NCBI GenBank assembly: GCA_025812035.1
Contig: GCA_025812035.1_4719.1
DNA length: 64,000 bases
Source of the DNA: a phage
Reading direction: 5' to 3' (one strand)
A program made the translations under genes and the position numbers. The notes beneath the pieces were generated by a model, which worked only from the letters and a program-made list of their open reading frames with translations, had not been told where the DNA came from and did not search any database. Numbering within the stretch: position 1 is the first letter of the stretch; the number at the start of each line of letters is the position of its first letter. This document shows, piece after piece, positions 1-8,503 of this stretch.

Positions 1-41
1 CGAAACGTCAACCGCTGCTATTACCGCTCTATTCTCCGCGT

Positions 42-1418
42 GTGCAGACGGAGTACTACGACGAGTATATTAACACAATTTTAGAGACTGTTCACGCTAT
101 TGTCTCGAATCGTCAGAAACCGTCAGAAGAGCAATTAGAGCAGTTTAATAAAGCCGCAATACAAACAGCCGCTGAGCAGGAATACCGCCCGAATGGTCAA
201 GCTCACGATCGAGCGCTGGAACGTAAGGGCAGTCAGTGGACCAACGTACCCGTAGACTCATCCGGCGTTGGTCGCGTTATTCCCGGCATTCCACAACCGA
301 ACCATATTCCTGATGATGTTGAAGCACCACTGACAGGAACGGACGCGATCTATTTCGCTATCCGTAATACGAAATCAGGTGCACCTGCGGTAATGCCGTT
401 ATGGCACAGCGGTATTAAGCTACAATTCAATCCACCGTCGAATGAACGTGTTGCGATTATGCATGAGCGTATTGCGCGCGATAAAATCCTGGGTGGGCGT
501 GATAGTGCGGGGTTCCTGTTTTCGGCAACGTCGATTATCACCATGAAGCATGCGATCGAATTAGCATTAGAATGCTGTTACATGGCCAACGTGCCGAATC
601 TGGACATTCAACGCCTGAAGGACATTATTCCGGTTACCGATGTTCCAGCGTTACTGTTAAACGTGTTGGTAACCATGTATCCGTACGGTTATCCTTACGT
701 ACAAACCTGTTATCAGAATCCAGAAACATGCGATTATCGTGTTGAAGATATCGTAAGCTTTGCGAAGCTTTATCAAGTTGACAACAGCGCAATTACCAAA
801 CGTATGCGACAGATCATGACCGAAGGTCCGGTCATGACAGATGAACTTTTGCGTGAGTATGCGAACGAGTTAGGTGAAACCAACTCCCGTACGCTGGATC
901 TGTCCGACAACGGTTCTGTTATCATCGAACTTGAAGTACCGAAGATCTCACGACAAATCGCCATGGGTGAACGCTGGTTAAGCGATACACTGGAAGATCT
1001 ACGTGATATTCTGTCACGTCCGTCAATGACCGAAGAAGAGCGCGATCGTGTTATTCGTGAACGTCAGTTCTATAGCTGGATGCGCCAGTATGACGCGTGG
1101 ATCAAATCGATGCATGTGTCGGTAAACGGTACCATGCGTCGTGTAAGTGATGCGGATACGGCAACGGTATTAGCACAGCTTTCACGTGACAGCGACCTTC
1201 GTGAGCGCTATATTGACGGACTGATGCAATTCATCGGTGATTCAACCATTGCGCTTGCGGCAATGCCTGCCTGGAAATGTCCGAAATGCAATGCTGATAC
1301 CGCCGATAATCTACGCGACCAGAAATACTACGACCTGATTGCTTTGGATGTACCCCAGCTTTTTTTTACCCTAAACTCCGTCCAATCTCTGCGGGAGGGG
1401 ATGGACGCGGTATTCTAA
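42..1418 (+). CDS. hypothetical protein, possibly 5' truncated at window edge
   Basis: 458-codon ORF from GTG at 42; frame stays open back to nt 3, so the true start may lie upstream of the window; C-terminal CPKC Cys pair; no family recognised. Confidence 0.5.
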   Translation: MQTEYYDEYINTILETVHAIVSNRQKPSEEQLEQFNKAAIQTAAEQEYRPNGQAHDRALERKGSQWTNVPVDSSGVGRVIPGIPQPNHIPDDVEAPLTGTDAIYFAIRNTKSGAPAVMPLWHSGIKLQFNPPSNERVAIMHERIARDKILGGRDSAGFLFSATSIITMKHAIELALECCYMANVPNLDIQRLKDIIPVTDVPALLLNVLVTMYPYGYPYVQTCYQNPETCDYRVEDIVSFAKLYQVDNSAITKRMRQIMTEGPVMTDELLREYANELGETNSRTLDLSDNGSVIIELEVPKISRQIAMGERWLSDTLEDLRDILSRPSMTEEERDRVIRERQFYSWMRQYDAWIKSMHVSVNGTMRRVSDADTATVLAQLSRDSDLRERYIDGLMQFIGDSTIALAAMPAWKCPKCNADTADNLRDQKYYDLIALDVPQLFFTLNSVQSLREGMDAVF

Positions 1419-1510
1419 TCGATCCGCGATATGGGTTACATGGCGGGCAACTTGTTCGTGACGATGAAAAAATCTGGCAGCTACTGTTAGCGCGTAAAGG
1501 CGACGGCGGC

Positions 1511-1840
1511 ATGAAGCTGAACATCGAAATGGGTATTGCGTACGATACCATGTTCGGTTTGTATGACCGCGTTAACGACTGGACACCGTTGAAATGGGTT
1601 GCCCAGCATCCTGCTGAAGACCCATGGGACAGATTAGGGATTAAACCCTTAATCGAGGATTACGTACGATTCGGTATTAAAGAGTTCATGTCGCTCGACG
1701 CATTTTTAAAAGCACCGTATCCTTATGCGCAAACGGTACTCAAGATCGCACAAGACGAGCTGCGGAAACGCAGTGCTGTATTGGACGACGATGAGGACAA
1801 GTTACGACGAGAAGAAGAACGTTTACGAAACGGAAGATAA
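1511..1840 (+). CDS. hypothetical protein
   Basis: 109-codon ORF, co-directional with flanking plus-strand genes; acidic C-terminus; no motif recognised. Confidence 0.4.
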   Translation: MKLNIEMGIAYDTMFGLYDRVNDWTPLKWVAQHPAEDPWDRLGIKPLIEDYVRFGIKEFMSLDAFLKAPYPYAQTVLKIAQDELRKRSAVLDDDEDKLRREEERLRNGR

Positions 1841-1841
1841 A

Positions 1842-2351
1842 ATGGCGAGATTTACCAGTTTGATTGGGTTGGACATTTGGGAGACACCTGCTGACGTTAG
1901 GGTTATTCCCGTTAACACTGTCGGTGTGATGGGACGTGGTCTTGCGAAGCAGGCAGCCGAGCGTGTGCCCGGTCTTCTTGAAGCGTACCGTAAGCACTGC
2001 TCTGATGGATTTAAGGTGGGCGAAGTCGTATCGTATCAGCACGGCGAGAACGATCAGCTCACCTACGTACTGTTTCCATCGAAATCGGATTGGCGTGAAA
2101 AAACACGACGCGAGTATATCGTTAGCGGCTTACTGGCGTTAAAGGCGTGGTTATTGGAGCTTCAGTTCGAAAGAGATGGCTTCTCATACCGGAGTCCGGC
2201 TGAACCGTTGATCGTAGCGATTCCTCCTGTTGGTTCTGGTTGCGGTAATATCGGTTACGGGCAATCCGAAACAATCCAGCCTCAATGGGTACGCGCACAA
2301 ATCAAACAGTATCTTGCCACCGTACCGAACGTTCATTTCTACTTGTTCTAA
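1842..2351 (+). CDS. macro-domain-like protein (putative ADP-ribose binding/hydrolase)
   Basis: ATG at 1842 preceded by GGAAG and placed 1 nt after the upstream stop; motif VIPVNTVGVMGRGLAKQ resembles the N-x-x-G-x-M-G-x-G-x-A core of OARD1/TARG1-type macro domains; ORF-track start 1725 rejected because it overlaps the upstream gene. Confidence 0.55.
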   Translation: MARFTSLIGLDIWETPADVRVIPVNTVGVMGRGLAKQAAERVPGLLEAYRKHCSDGFKVGEVVSYQHGENDQLTYVLFPSKSDWREKTRREYIVSGLLALKAWLLELQFERDGFSYRSPAEPLIVAIPPVGSGCGNIGYGQSETIQPQWVRAQIKQYLATVPNVHFYLF

Positions 2352-2367
2352 CGCAAAGGTAACATAA

Positions 2368-2399
2368 CCCTCCTCCAACCCGTAAGGGAAGGAGGAGGG
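2368..2399. terminator. GC-rich stem-loop (9-bp CCCTCCTCC/GGAGGAGGG stem, inner CCC-GTAA-GGG) between convergent genes; copy 1 of a 3-copy repeat
   Basis: perfect inverted repeat read directly; sits between the plus-strand gene ending at 2351 and the minus-strand gene ending at 2417; only a weak T-rich tail, so terminator role is inferred. Confidence 0.45.
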
Positions 2400-2416
2400 A
2401 ATATGCTGTTATGTTA

Positions 2417-2791
2417 TTAATGTTCGTTCCAAATGGCATCTTCCGGTGGGACGATAGGATCTTTCTTCGGCATTGACGGCACTTCATGACGATGCTTACG
2501 GAATTGCCTATCAATAACCTCACGAAGCCGGTACGCGTCAACCCACGTTGATTTATTGAATAACTCCAACGTCACGGTTAATCGCGTTCTTGACATTGAA
2601 TAGCTTTTCTTTGCAATCAAATCGGGATAATTCAGTTGAGCGAACCAGGCACGTATTTGCGCTTCGGTAAAAGCGATGCTGTAATAACTGAGTTTACCAT
2701 CATTAAAATCGTGCGCGTGGGTGTAACGTCCCGCATAACGCCAGACAAGATGCACATTCAGATCGATCCATGGTGGGGTGGTATCAGCCAT
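2417..2791 (-). CDS. hypothetical protein
   Basis: 124-codon ORF, first gene of the long minus-strand block; no motif recognised. Confidence 0.45.
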   Translation of the reverse strand: MADTTPPWIDLNVHLVWRYAGRYTHAHDFNDGKLSYYSIAFTEAQIRAWFAQLNYPDLIAKKSYSMSRTRLTVTLELFNKSTWVDAYRLREVIDRQFRKHRHEVPSMPKKDPIVPPEDAIWNEH

Positions 2792-2800
2792 GTGTTACCC

Positions 2801-3370
2801 TCAACGATTCTTCATCACTTTACCCAGGCTTTCGATATTATCCCAAAAGCGATTTTTACTTGGTGCGTCGCCAACGATAACCGACATCAAATCACGACGT
2901 TCGCGACTGATGATACCCTGCGATTTCCAGATCACCATCGTCCAACATGCAGCCAGAACGAACAGATGGTTAATACTCGGTTTGGTTTGTGCGATGAACG
3001 CAAGCCATGCCCAGATACCGGTGTATACTATCGTCACTAAAAAGAGAGAGATTGTTGCAACGACAACAACGAAGTTTTGGATGGCTGGCTGATTGGCATT
3101 ATCCTGAAAAGCGGTAAGATCGGGAAGATTACCTTCAACGGAACTCGTTTCATCGATTTCCAAGTCTTCGATTTCTTTTCGTGTGTCAGGAGCTAATCCA
3201 GCATCATCAAGATGCTTCTTTAACCGCTGAATACTTAATCGCTGACCAACAGGAATGCTGATGTTGTCGTAACTATTAAGCGCATCAACCAGGGAACGTC
3301 CGTCAACGAGAACCAAGCTCGCAGTACCCATCGTCTGCGGTTTTATTTTGTAAAGGTCTTTTACTTTCAT
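2801..3370 (-). CDS. hypothetical membrane protein
   Basis: 189 codons; long hydrophobic stretch FVVVVATISLFLVTIVYTGIWAWLAFIA consistent with transmembrane helices. Confidence 0.45.
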   Translation of the reverse strand: MKVKDLYKIKPQTMGTASLVLVDGRSLVDALNSYDNISIPVGQRLSIQRLKKHLDDAGLAPDTRKEIEDLEIDETSSVEGNLPDLTAFQDNANQPAIQNFVVVVATISLFLVTIVYTGIWAWLAFIAQTKPSINHLFVLAACWTMVIWKSQGIISRERRDLMSVIVGDAPSKNRFWDNIESLGKVMKNR

Positions 3371-3391
3371 GTAGACACCACCTCCAACGTG

Positions 3392-6004
3392 TTATGCGTC
3401 CGGCGTAAAATCAAAAGGAACGTCCGTACGAATGATATCATAGCGTTTTCCTAAGAAATAGAACTCCTCGGGGACCTGACCGGGAACAATACTATCGCCG
3501 ATGAACTGCGGATATGCCCAGATGTACTGAGTGAGTCCTTCGAACATATCCAGGTTATTTGCGTGGTTACCCATGATACGTTTCCAAAGTTCGCGTTTAT
3601 ACGGTGTTTTAACATCGAACCCATAAAGCGGTGCAAGATCCACACCAGGCACAAATCCCAGGTAGTAGTGGATCTGACTGACCGGGAAACCAAGCGTATC
3701 TCGCGGAATGGTGATCGCTTGCTCAGCCTTGGTGACATGCGTCTCAATAATCCAGTCGTAGCACTCCGAATAGAACCGATCGAATTTCTCTGGATTATAC
3801 CACGCTTTGGGAAGATTCAATTTCTCCGTAAAATCGTTCGACATGATCGTCGGCAAGAAAGGAAGTATGCCCGTCTTTATTTGCGTGTATTTTGATTTTA
3901 CGCGATTTACCAGATTCCAACAAGCATAACCGAGCTGATCGTTACAGAACTCAACGTACAGATCGTAATCCCCTCCCGATAATGGATTATTAATATCACC
4001 GATATCAGCTGCGTATTTGTTGGGGTATCGTGTATTAAATGCCAGTTTGGTTTGGTAATCGTAAATGCACGGTTTATTGTTCTTCGTGTTAATCCACCAC
4101 CATGGCTCACCTACCTGCACGCAAATGTCCTGGACATGAGGATAGATAATATCAGCAAATGCTGTTAACACATCCCCTAACCACGCCATCGCATGTTGGT
4201 TACATGGAGACAACAACCAAGACGGTGGCGTATATCCGGTTGCTGCTATGTTTCCTTCCCAATCCTGCTGCGCCCACTCGAATGGACACGCTGTACTCAT
4301 CAATTCGTAACTTAAACTGATGGTGACAGAGAAATGGTGTTTTGCGGCGTATGCAGCAAAGGCTTCATGCCATGCAATACAGGGTGGATTTAGTACATCT
4401 GTGGTGTTCACCAGTAACTTACCCGCACTTGGTGTCCAGACAGTATCGTAGAAATGCGACATTCCGACATAGTGCACTAATTCATCCTGATAACCCGCAT
4501 ACACCAGGTTTTCAAATACACGCTCTGGCGTGATGTTGTAATGGTCATCATAAGCGGTTATTGCACGAAGCTCATGCGGTGTGCAACGGTGACGATTAAC
4601 CGTCATTTCCTGGTACACCCCATCGATAGGAAGAATCTCGATGGTTAAACCAAGATCGATCGGCGTTTCCAGATAGGTCGTTTCTGTAGCACCTTCTTTA
4701 TAATGTCGAGAACTCATGCTGAACATCAACGATGTTACCGATTCAAGTTCGATGGGTTCGTCAGCATAGAACCCCGCCATCGCATCGTTGAAATCGATCG
4801 TCACGGTCGCACTCGTACCGTCTTTAGAAACGTCGGTTGCATATCGGGTTAATGAGATATACTGGCGACTATCGTCTTTGTGAACGACGGTTAAAACCGG
4901 TGGGTTTTCAGTATCAGCAAAATTACGCTGGTCGCCAGTAAACGTGATCTTCGCTTTAAAGATCAAACCGAATAACGACGTCATGGGGGCATACGCAACG
5001 CAACCATGATCCAGTGTATCCGTTGTTCGCCATTCTATCCCGACCAACCCGTTAGCGGTATGACATCGCATATACGCGTTAAGTACCATGTCTTCACTGA
5101 CAACCGCGAAGTTCTCTGTTGACTGACCGTTGATAATCCAATACATCGGTTGCCAAAGATTACGAGTACCTTTTGCATAGCGGTAGGTTGGCGCGCCTTT
5201 TGGGTTGCCGTTATTAAGATGGAATACAGCAGTACCTTGGTAGTGATCGTTCGTATTAATCGGAACGCTGTAAGCGTCACCGATATCCGTACGTTCGACC
5301 TTAGCGACTGTTGCGTTTTCAAACAGTCCACGTAGCGTAGGAAGACCAATATCTTCAGGCGCGTTTTCTCGACGAATCGCATCCGCGATGCGATGGGCTA
5401 AGGCGGGGTAAATGACTTCACCTTGTTGCAGGTTCGCAAGCCCTGCGAAACGATCGGGGTCGATGCCAGCAATCAATAACTCGACATCACCCTTCGTTCT
5501 ATCGTCGCGGAGGTATTTCAGTCCAGTAAGATCGAGATGTCGAATTAACGACAACAGATCGTACTTACGGTTTTCAACAGTCAGTTCGAGATCACCTGCC
5601 CAAACCAAACTTCCCTCATCCGCCGCTACTCTAACGGATTGTCGGCCTGTGGTAGATGTTGTTGTCGTTTTATTTAATTGCTCTTGTAGGAAGTCGGTTG
5701 CGAGGTCAAAGGCAACGCCGTAACGGTCAGCGACGGCTTGCATGATTTCACGTAACTGGGTATCTTCTTCAATGATAATCTTGACAGGTATTCCCAAGAA
5801 CGCTTTAGTGAGGTCCCGCTTAACCATCGAGACGAATACGGATTTGTAATACCGGCTTCCATCTTTCCCTTTAAAAAGAATGGAAGTTGTTTCGGGTGAC
5901 GATAGAACACGTGCAAATTCAACATCGTCGAATGTAAGAGAAAGTCCGTTTTTCTCGTTGGTTAATCTTAATATTTCATTTTGCGCGGTTTCATGTAACT
6001 TCAT
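3392..6004 (-). CDS. tail fibre/spike protein, member of shared-N-domain family
   Basis: 870 codons; N-terminal ~170 aa (NEILRLTNEKN...FDDVEF...YKSVFVSMVKRDLTKAFLGIPVKII...YGVAFDLATDFLQEQLNK) is homologous to the N-termini of ORFs at 12028-12555, 12712-14466 and 51773-53227; large unique C-terminal domain. Confidence 0.6.
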   Translation of the reverse strand: MKLHETAQNEILRLTNEKNGLSLTFDDVEFARVLSSPETTSILFKGKDGSRYYKSVFVSMVKRDLTKAFLGIPVKIIIEEDTQLREIMQAVADRYGVAFDLATDFLQEQLNKTTTTSTTGRQSVRVAADEGSLVWAGDLELTVENRKYDLLSLIRHLDLTGLKYLRDDRTKGDVELLIAGIDPDRFAGLANLQQGEVIYPALAHRIADAIRRENAPEDIGLPTLRGLFENATVAKVERTDIGDAYSVPINTNDHYQGTAVFHLNNGNPKGAPTYRYAKGTRNLWQPMYWIINGQSTENFAVVSEDMVLNAYMRCHTANGLVGIEWRTTDTLDHGCVAYAPMTSLFGLIFKAKITFTGDQRNFADTENPPVLTVVHKDDSRQYISLTRYATDVSKDGTSATVTIDFNDAMAGFYADEPIELESVTSLMFSMSSRHYKEGATETTYLETPIDLGLTIEILPIDGVYQEMTVNRHRCTPHELRAITAYDDHYNITPERVFENLVYAGYQDELVHYVGMSHFYDTVWTPSAGKLLVNTTDVLNPPCIAWHEAFAAYAAKHHFSVTISLSYELMSTACPFEWAQQDWEGNIAATGYTPPSWLLSPCNQHAMAWLGDVLTAFADIIYPHVQDICVQVGEPWWWINTKNNKPCIYDYQTKLAFNTRYPNKYAADIGDINNPLSGGDYDLYVEFCNDQLGYACWNLVNRVKSKYTQIKTGILPFLPTIMSNDFTEKLNLPKAWYNPEKFDRFYSECYDWIIETHVTKAEQAITIPRDTLGFPVSQIHYYLGFVPGVDLAPLYGFDVKTPYKRELWKRIMGNHANNLDMFEGLTQYIWAYPQFIGDSIVPGQVPEEFYFLGKRYDIIRTDVPFDFTPDA

Positions 6005-6026
6005 TGAAAACCTCAGCCTTTTAGAA

Positions 6027-6668
6027 TTAGATGTACTGCTTACCGCCCACGAAGGAAGTCAGCCAGTTCCCTGAAACAAGCTGCGATACCCAACCGGGTA
6101 CCGCTCTACCATTCTGGCTCATGATGTTACCACACCAACCAGGGAATCCGGGACGGATATAATAGAAAGTTAAATTGTAGAGATGGCAATTCCACACCGC
6201 AACGTTATGTTTACCAGAAACCGCTTTAAAGACAAACGCAACGGGTAAAGGCGACGATAGCAATTCGGTCACAGGGACGGCTGACCAATTCGCATTCGCG
6301 TTCCACGGTTGCCAGGTATGGCTACGCGAGTCGCAAAATACGTTACCGTTGTTACCGCGCCCACCCGCATTCCACCACAGCGACGGACTCATGTTCTTAA
6401 GTGAGGTAAATTGCTGCGGTGGAATATTAGGAATAATAACAGGGTTGGTACCTTGCCCATGTTTCTTTTCTTTTGCGTTCACATACCCGCTTATCGATTC
6501 GAGGTATTTGACACCAGGATAATTGTTCTGGACTTGTGTCGCAATATCACGAACATCAAACGTCCAGCAGATCATGGTGTTGTAGTAAGCATCGGTGTTG
6601 TCGTACCATGCGTTACCATCTTGTAAACGTGCGCCACTATTCGGTGTTTTATCTGTGTTTATAGCCAT
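6027..6668 (-). CDS. hypothetical protein, paralog sharing C-terminal domain with 6780-7496
   Basis: 213 codons; C-terminal RPGFPGWCGNIMSQNGRAVPGWVSQLVSGNWLTSFVGGKQY is near-identical to the C-terminus of the next gene. Confidence 0.5.
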   Translation of the reverse strand: MAINTDKTPNSGARLQDGNAWYDNTDAYYNTMICWTFDVRDIATQVQNNYPGVKYLESISGYVNAKEKKHGQGTNPVIIPNIPPQQFTSLKNMSPSLWWNAGGRGNNGNVFCDSRSHTWQPWNANANWSAVPVTELLSSPLPVAFVFKAVSGKHNVAVWNCHLYNLTFYYIRPGFPGWCGNIMSQNGRAVPGWVSQLVSGNWLTSFVGGKQYI

Positions 6669-6769
6669 GGTATTGTCCTATACGTTGACGGTTGAGATGT
6701 CGGATGCCGGATGTGTGTTGTCATCCGGTGGTACGTACAGAAACACCCACAGATAAAACAGTAGCTTCT

Positions 6770-6794
6770 CTAACTTCAATTAAATTGAAGTTAG
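6770..6794. repeat. perfect 12-bp inverted repeat with 1-nt spacer (CTAACTTCAATT-A-AATTGAAGTTAG) centred on the stop codon of gene 6780-7496
   Basis: read directly from sequence; AT-rich palindrome straddling a gene end. Confidence 0.4.
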
Positions 6795-7496
6795 ATATTG
6801 TTTACCTCCAACAAACGACGTTAACCAATTACCTGAAACAAGTTGCGATGCCCAGCCAGGCACTGCCCTACCGTTCTGGCTCATCACGTTACCTGCCCAT
6901 CCCGGAAAACCCGGCCGGAAAATATATACTTGAATATGTGTTAAAGCGTTATCATTACCACCGCCAACAGCAACGTTACGACTCCCAGATGACGGGAAAT
7001 ATTCTTTTAAGAACAGAGGATCGGTTGCTAATAAAGATGCGGGCCAAGGGTTCGCGGATGCATCAACATCGAATTCGGTCCATCGCCATTTACGTCCCGT
7101 GTCGAACCATGTCGATGTACCGCCTCCACGCACTGCAAGATTGCGTGCGTCGCGGGCATTGTAAATTGATTCGATGTTACGCCACCCACCTTTTGCGGCG
7201 TTTGCCGCATAGCAAATCGCATTACCACCATTCTTCTTTTCGTAAACAGTTCGTTTGATATGAACACGATCGATGAACGCTTCACCGTATTTGTTGACGA
7301 GCGTTTGTGCGATATCACGAAGATCGTGCATGTGAAAAGCGATGTCTTCGTTATGGAACCATGTTGTCGGGTTCCAGACGGTACCGTTTGGTTCGGCACA
7401 CATCGATCGGATATTGTTGCGTTGATTAACCGCGATAAAACCCATTGTATACCTCGTTCCTATTCTCAAAAAGGAAATTTCATACGATGACGCCAT
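6780..7496 (-). CDS. hypothetical protein, paralog sharing C-terminal domain with 6027-6668
   Basis: start revised to ATG at 7496 (MASSYEISF...), 5 nt downstream of the GGAGGAG arm of the hairpin at 7501-7530; the ORF-track start at 7532 lies inside that hairpin. Confidence 0.5.
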   Translation of the reverse strand: MASSYEISFLRIGTRYTMGFIAVNQRNNIRSMCAEPNGTVWNPTTWFHNEDIAFHMHDLRDIAQTLVNKYGEAFIDRVHIKRTVYEKKNGGNAICYAANAAKGGWRNIESIYNARDARNLAVRGGGTSTWFDTGRKWRWTEFDVDASANPWPASLLATDPLFLKEYFPSSGSRNVAVGGGNDNALTHIQVYIFRPGFPGWAGNVMSQNGRAVPGWASQLVSGNWLTSFVGGKQYLTSI

Positions 7497-7500
7497 AGCA

Positions 7501-7530
7501 GCTCCTCCTTCCCTTACGGGTTGGAGGAGC
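7501..7530 (-). promoter_or_regulatory. GC-rich stem-loop, repeat copy 2; its 3' arm GGAGGAG lies 5 nt upstream of the ATG at 7496
   Basis: 28-nt core identical to the 2368 and 41224 copies; in the transcript the hairpin 3' arm overlaps the Shine-Dalgarno position. Confidence 0.45.
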
Positions 7531-7538
7531 ATACTTAA

Positions 7539-8045
7539 TTACTCGCTGATAACCTCAACGGAATTGGGATCAGCGATCATCGCACGGTCAGTAGAACAAT
7601 TGAAGAAGACCATGCCGACACCATCGCCGTTCGAGTTCAGGGTTGAACTTACGTAAGACAGGGTTGGTTTATTCATGCGGTAGAAGCGTTCGCTGGTAGC
7701 GGTATTGAACCCCAGATCAACGTAGTCTTTCACCGTGGTATACAGCTGCGTGGATTCGAAGACGGTTACCGGAGAGTCAACGGTAAATTGACTACCTTCA
7801 TCCACAACCAGAACCTTATCGTTCCAGATTTCAGTGGTTGAAAACTTCGGTTTCCAATGTTCGAATTCCTGGGTTGCACCCCAGCAAGAATACACAGCAA
7901 GATTGCTGTTCTTCTCAACAGGTTTCAAACCCACCAGTTGTGTCAGGTCTTTATCCAGGTTCGGTAAGCCTTCCAGCGTAGCACACCCGCCCAGAGAAAG
8001 CACCATCAACATACCAAGAACGATCGCGCAAAGTTTCTTCATCAT
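7539..8045 (-). CDS. putative lipoprotein
   Basis: N-terminal MMKKLCAIVLGMLMVLSLGGC gives a signal peptide plus lipobox-like LGGC. Confidence 0.5.
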   Translation of the reverse strand: MMKKLCAIVLGMLMVLSLGGCATLEGLPNLDKDLTQLVGLKPVEKNSNLAVYSCWGATQEFEHWKPKFSTTEIWNDKVLVVDEGSQFTVDSPVTVFESTQLYTTVKDYVDLGFNTATSERFYRMNKPTLSYVSSTLNSNGDGVGMVFFNCSTDRAMIADPNSVEVISE

Positions 8046-8086
8046 CGGATTTCCTTATATGTTAACGGAAGTGATTTCCATAGTAA

Positions 8087-8503
8087 TTACATAGCAGCAG
8101 GAAATTCCGGCCAATCGATATTTGGTGCAGCATCGGTATCGACAGCCGTCACGGCATCGATGTAATCCAAAACAGCATTAAGTTGAGTCGTTTCTTCCGG
8201 AGTCAGTTTTCGCCCAGCCCGTAATTTTAACTGAATAAGATCGATGGAAGCCAGCGCTGAATCAATCTTTGATTGTTTTATCTGTTCTGCCTCGGCGACG
8301 AGATCTTCGTGCTGCCGCTCGGGTTCAGGAGGCGCGATAAACTCGCCATCCGAGTATAACCAACCTATTCCAGGTGACACAGTTACCGCATCGCTAATAC
8401 TAACCAACTGTTGATTGTCGGATATATTGAGCTCTGCCTCACCATCGTAAACGATCGTGTTTACTACTACCCCATTTTCAATAACAGCGTATGATGTACT
8501 CAT
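8087..8503 (-). CDS. tail fibre assembly chaperone (Tfa-like)
   Basis: start revised to ATG at 8503, overlapping the fibre gene stop (TAATG); C-terminal AVLDYIDAVTAVDTDAAPNIDWPEFP resembles the conserved tail of Tfa chaperones; lies immediately downstream of the fibre gene. Confidence 0.6.
   Translation of the reverse strand: MSTSYAVIENGVVVNTIVYDGEAELNISDNQQLVSISDAVTVSPGIGWLYSDGEFIAPPEPERQHEDLVAEAEQIKQSKIDSALASIDLIQLKLRAGRKLTPEETTQLNAVLDYIDAVTAVDTDAAPNIDWPEFPAAM

Noticed and set aside
1725-2351. Long form of the macro-domain ORF starting at 1725
   Set aside because: It overlaps the upstream gene by 116 nt in the same frame region, whereas an ATG at 1842 with GGAAG upstream sits 1 nt after the upstream stop; the short form is more plausible.
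7497-7532. ORF-track start at 7532 for gene 6780-7532
   Set aside because: That start codon lies inside the stable hairpin at 7501-7530; the ATG at 7496 with the hairpin 3' arm as Shine-Dalgarno is more consistent.
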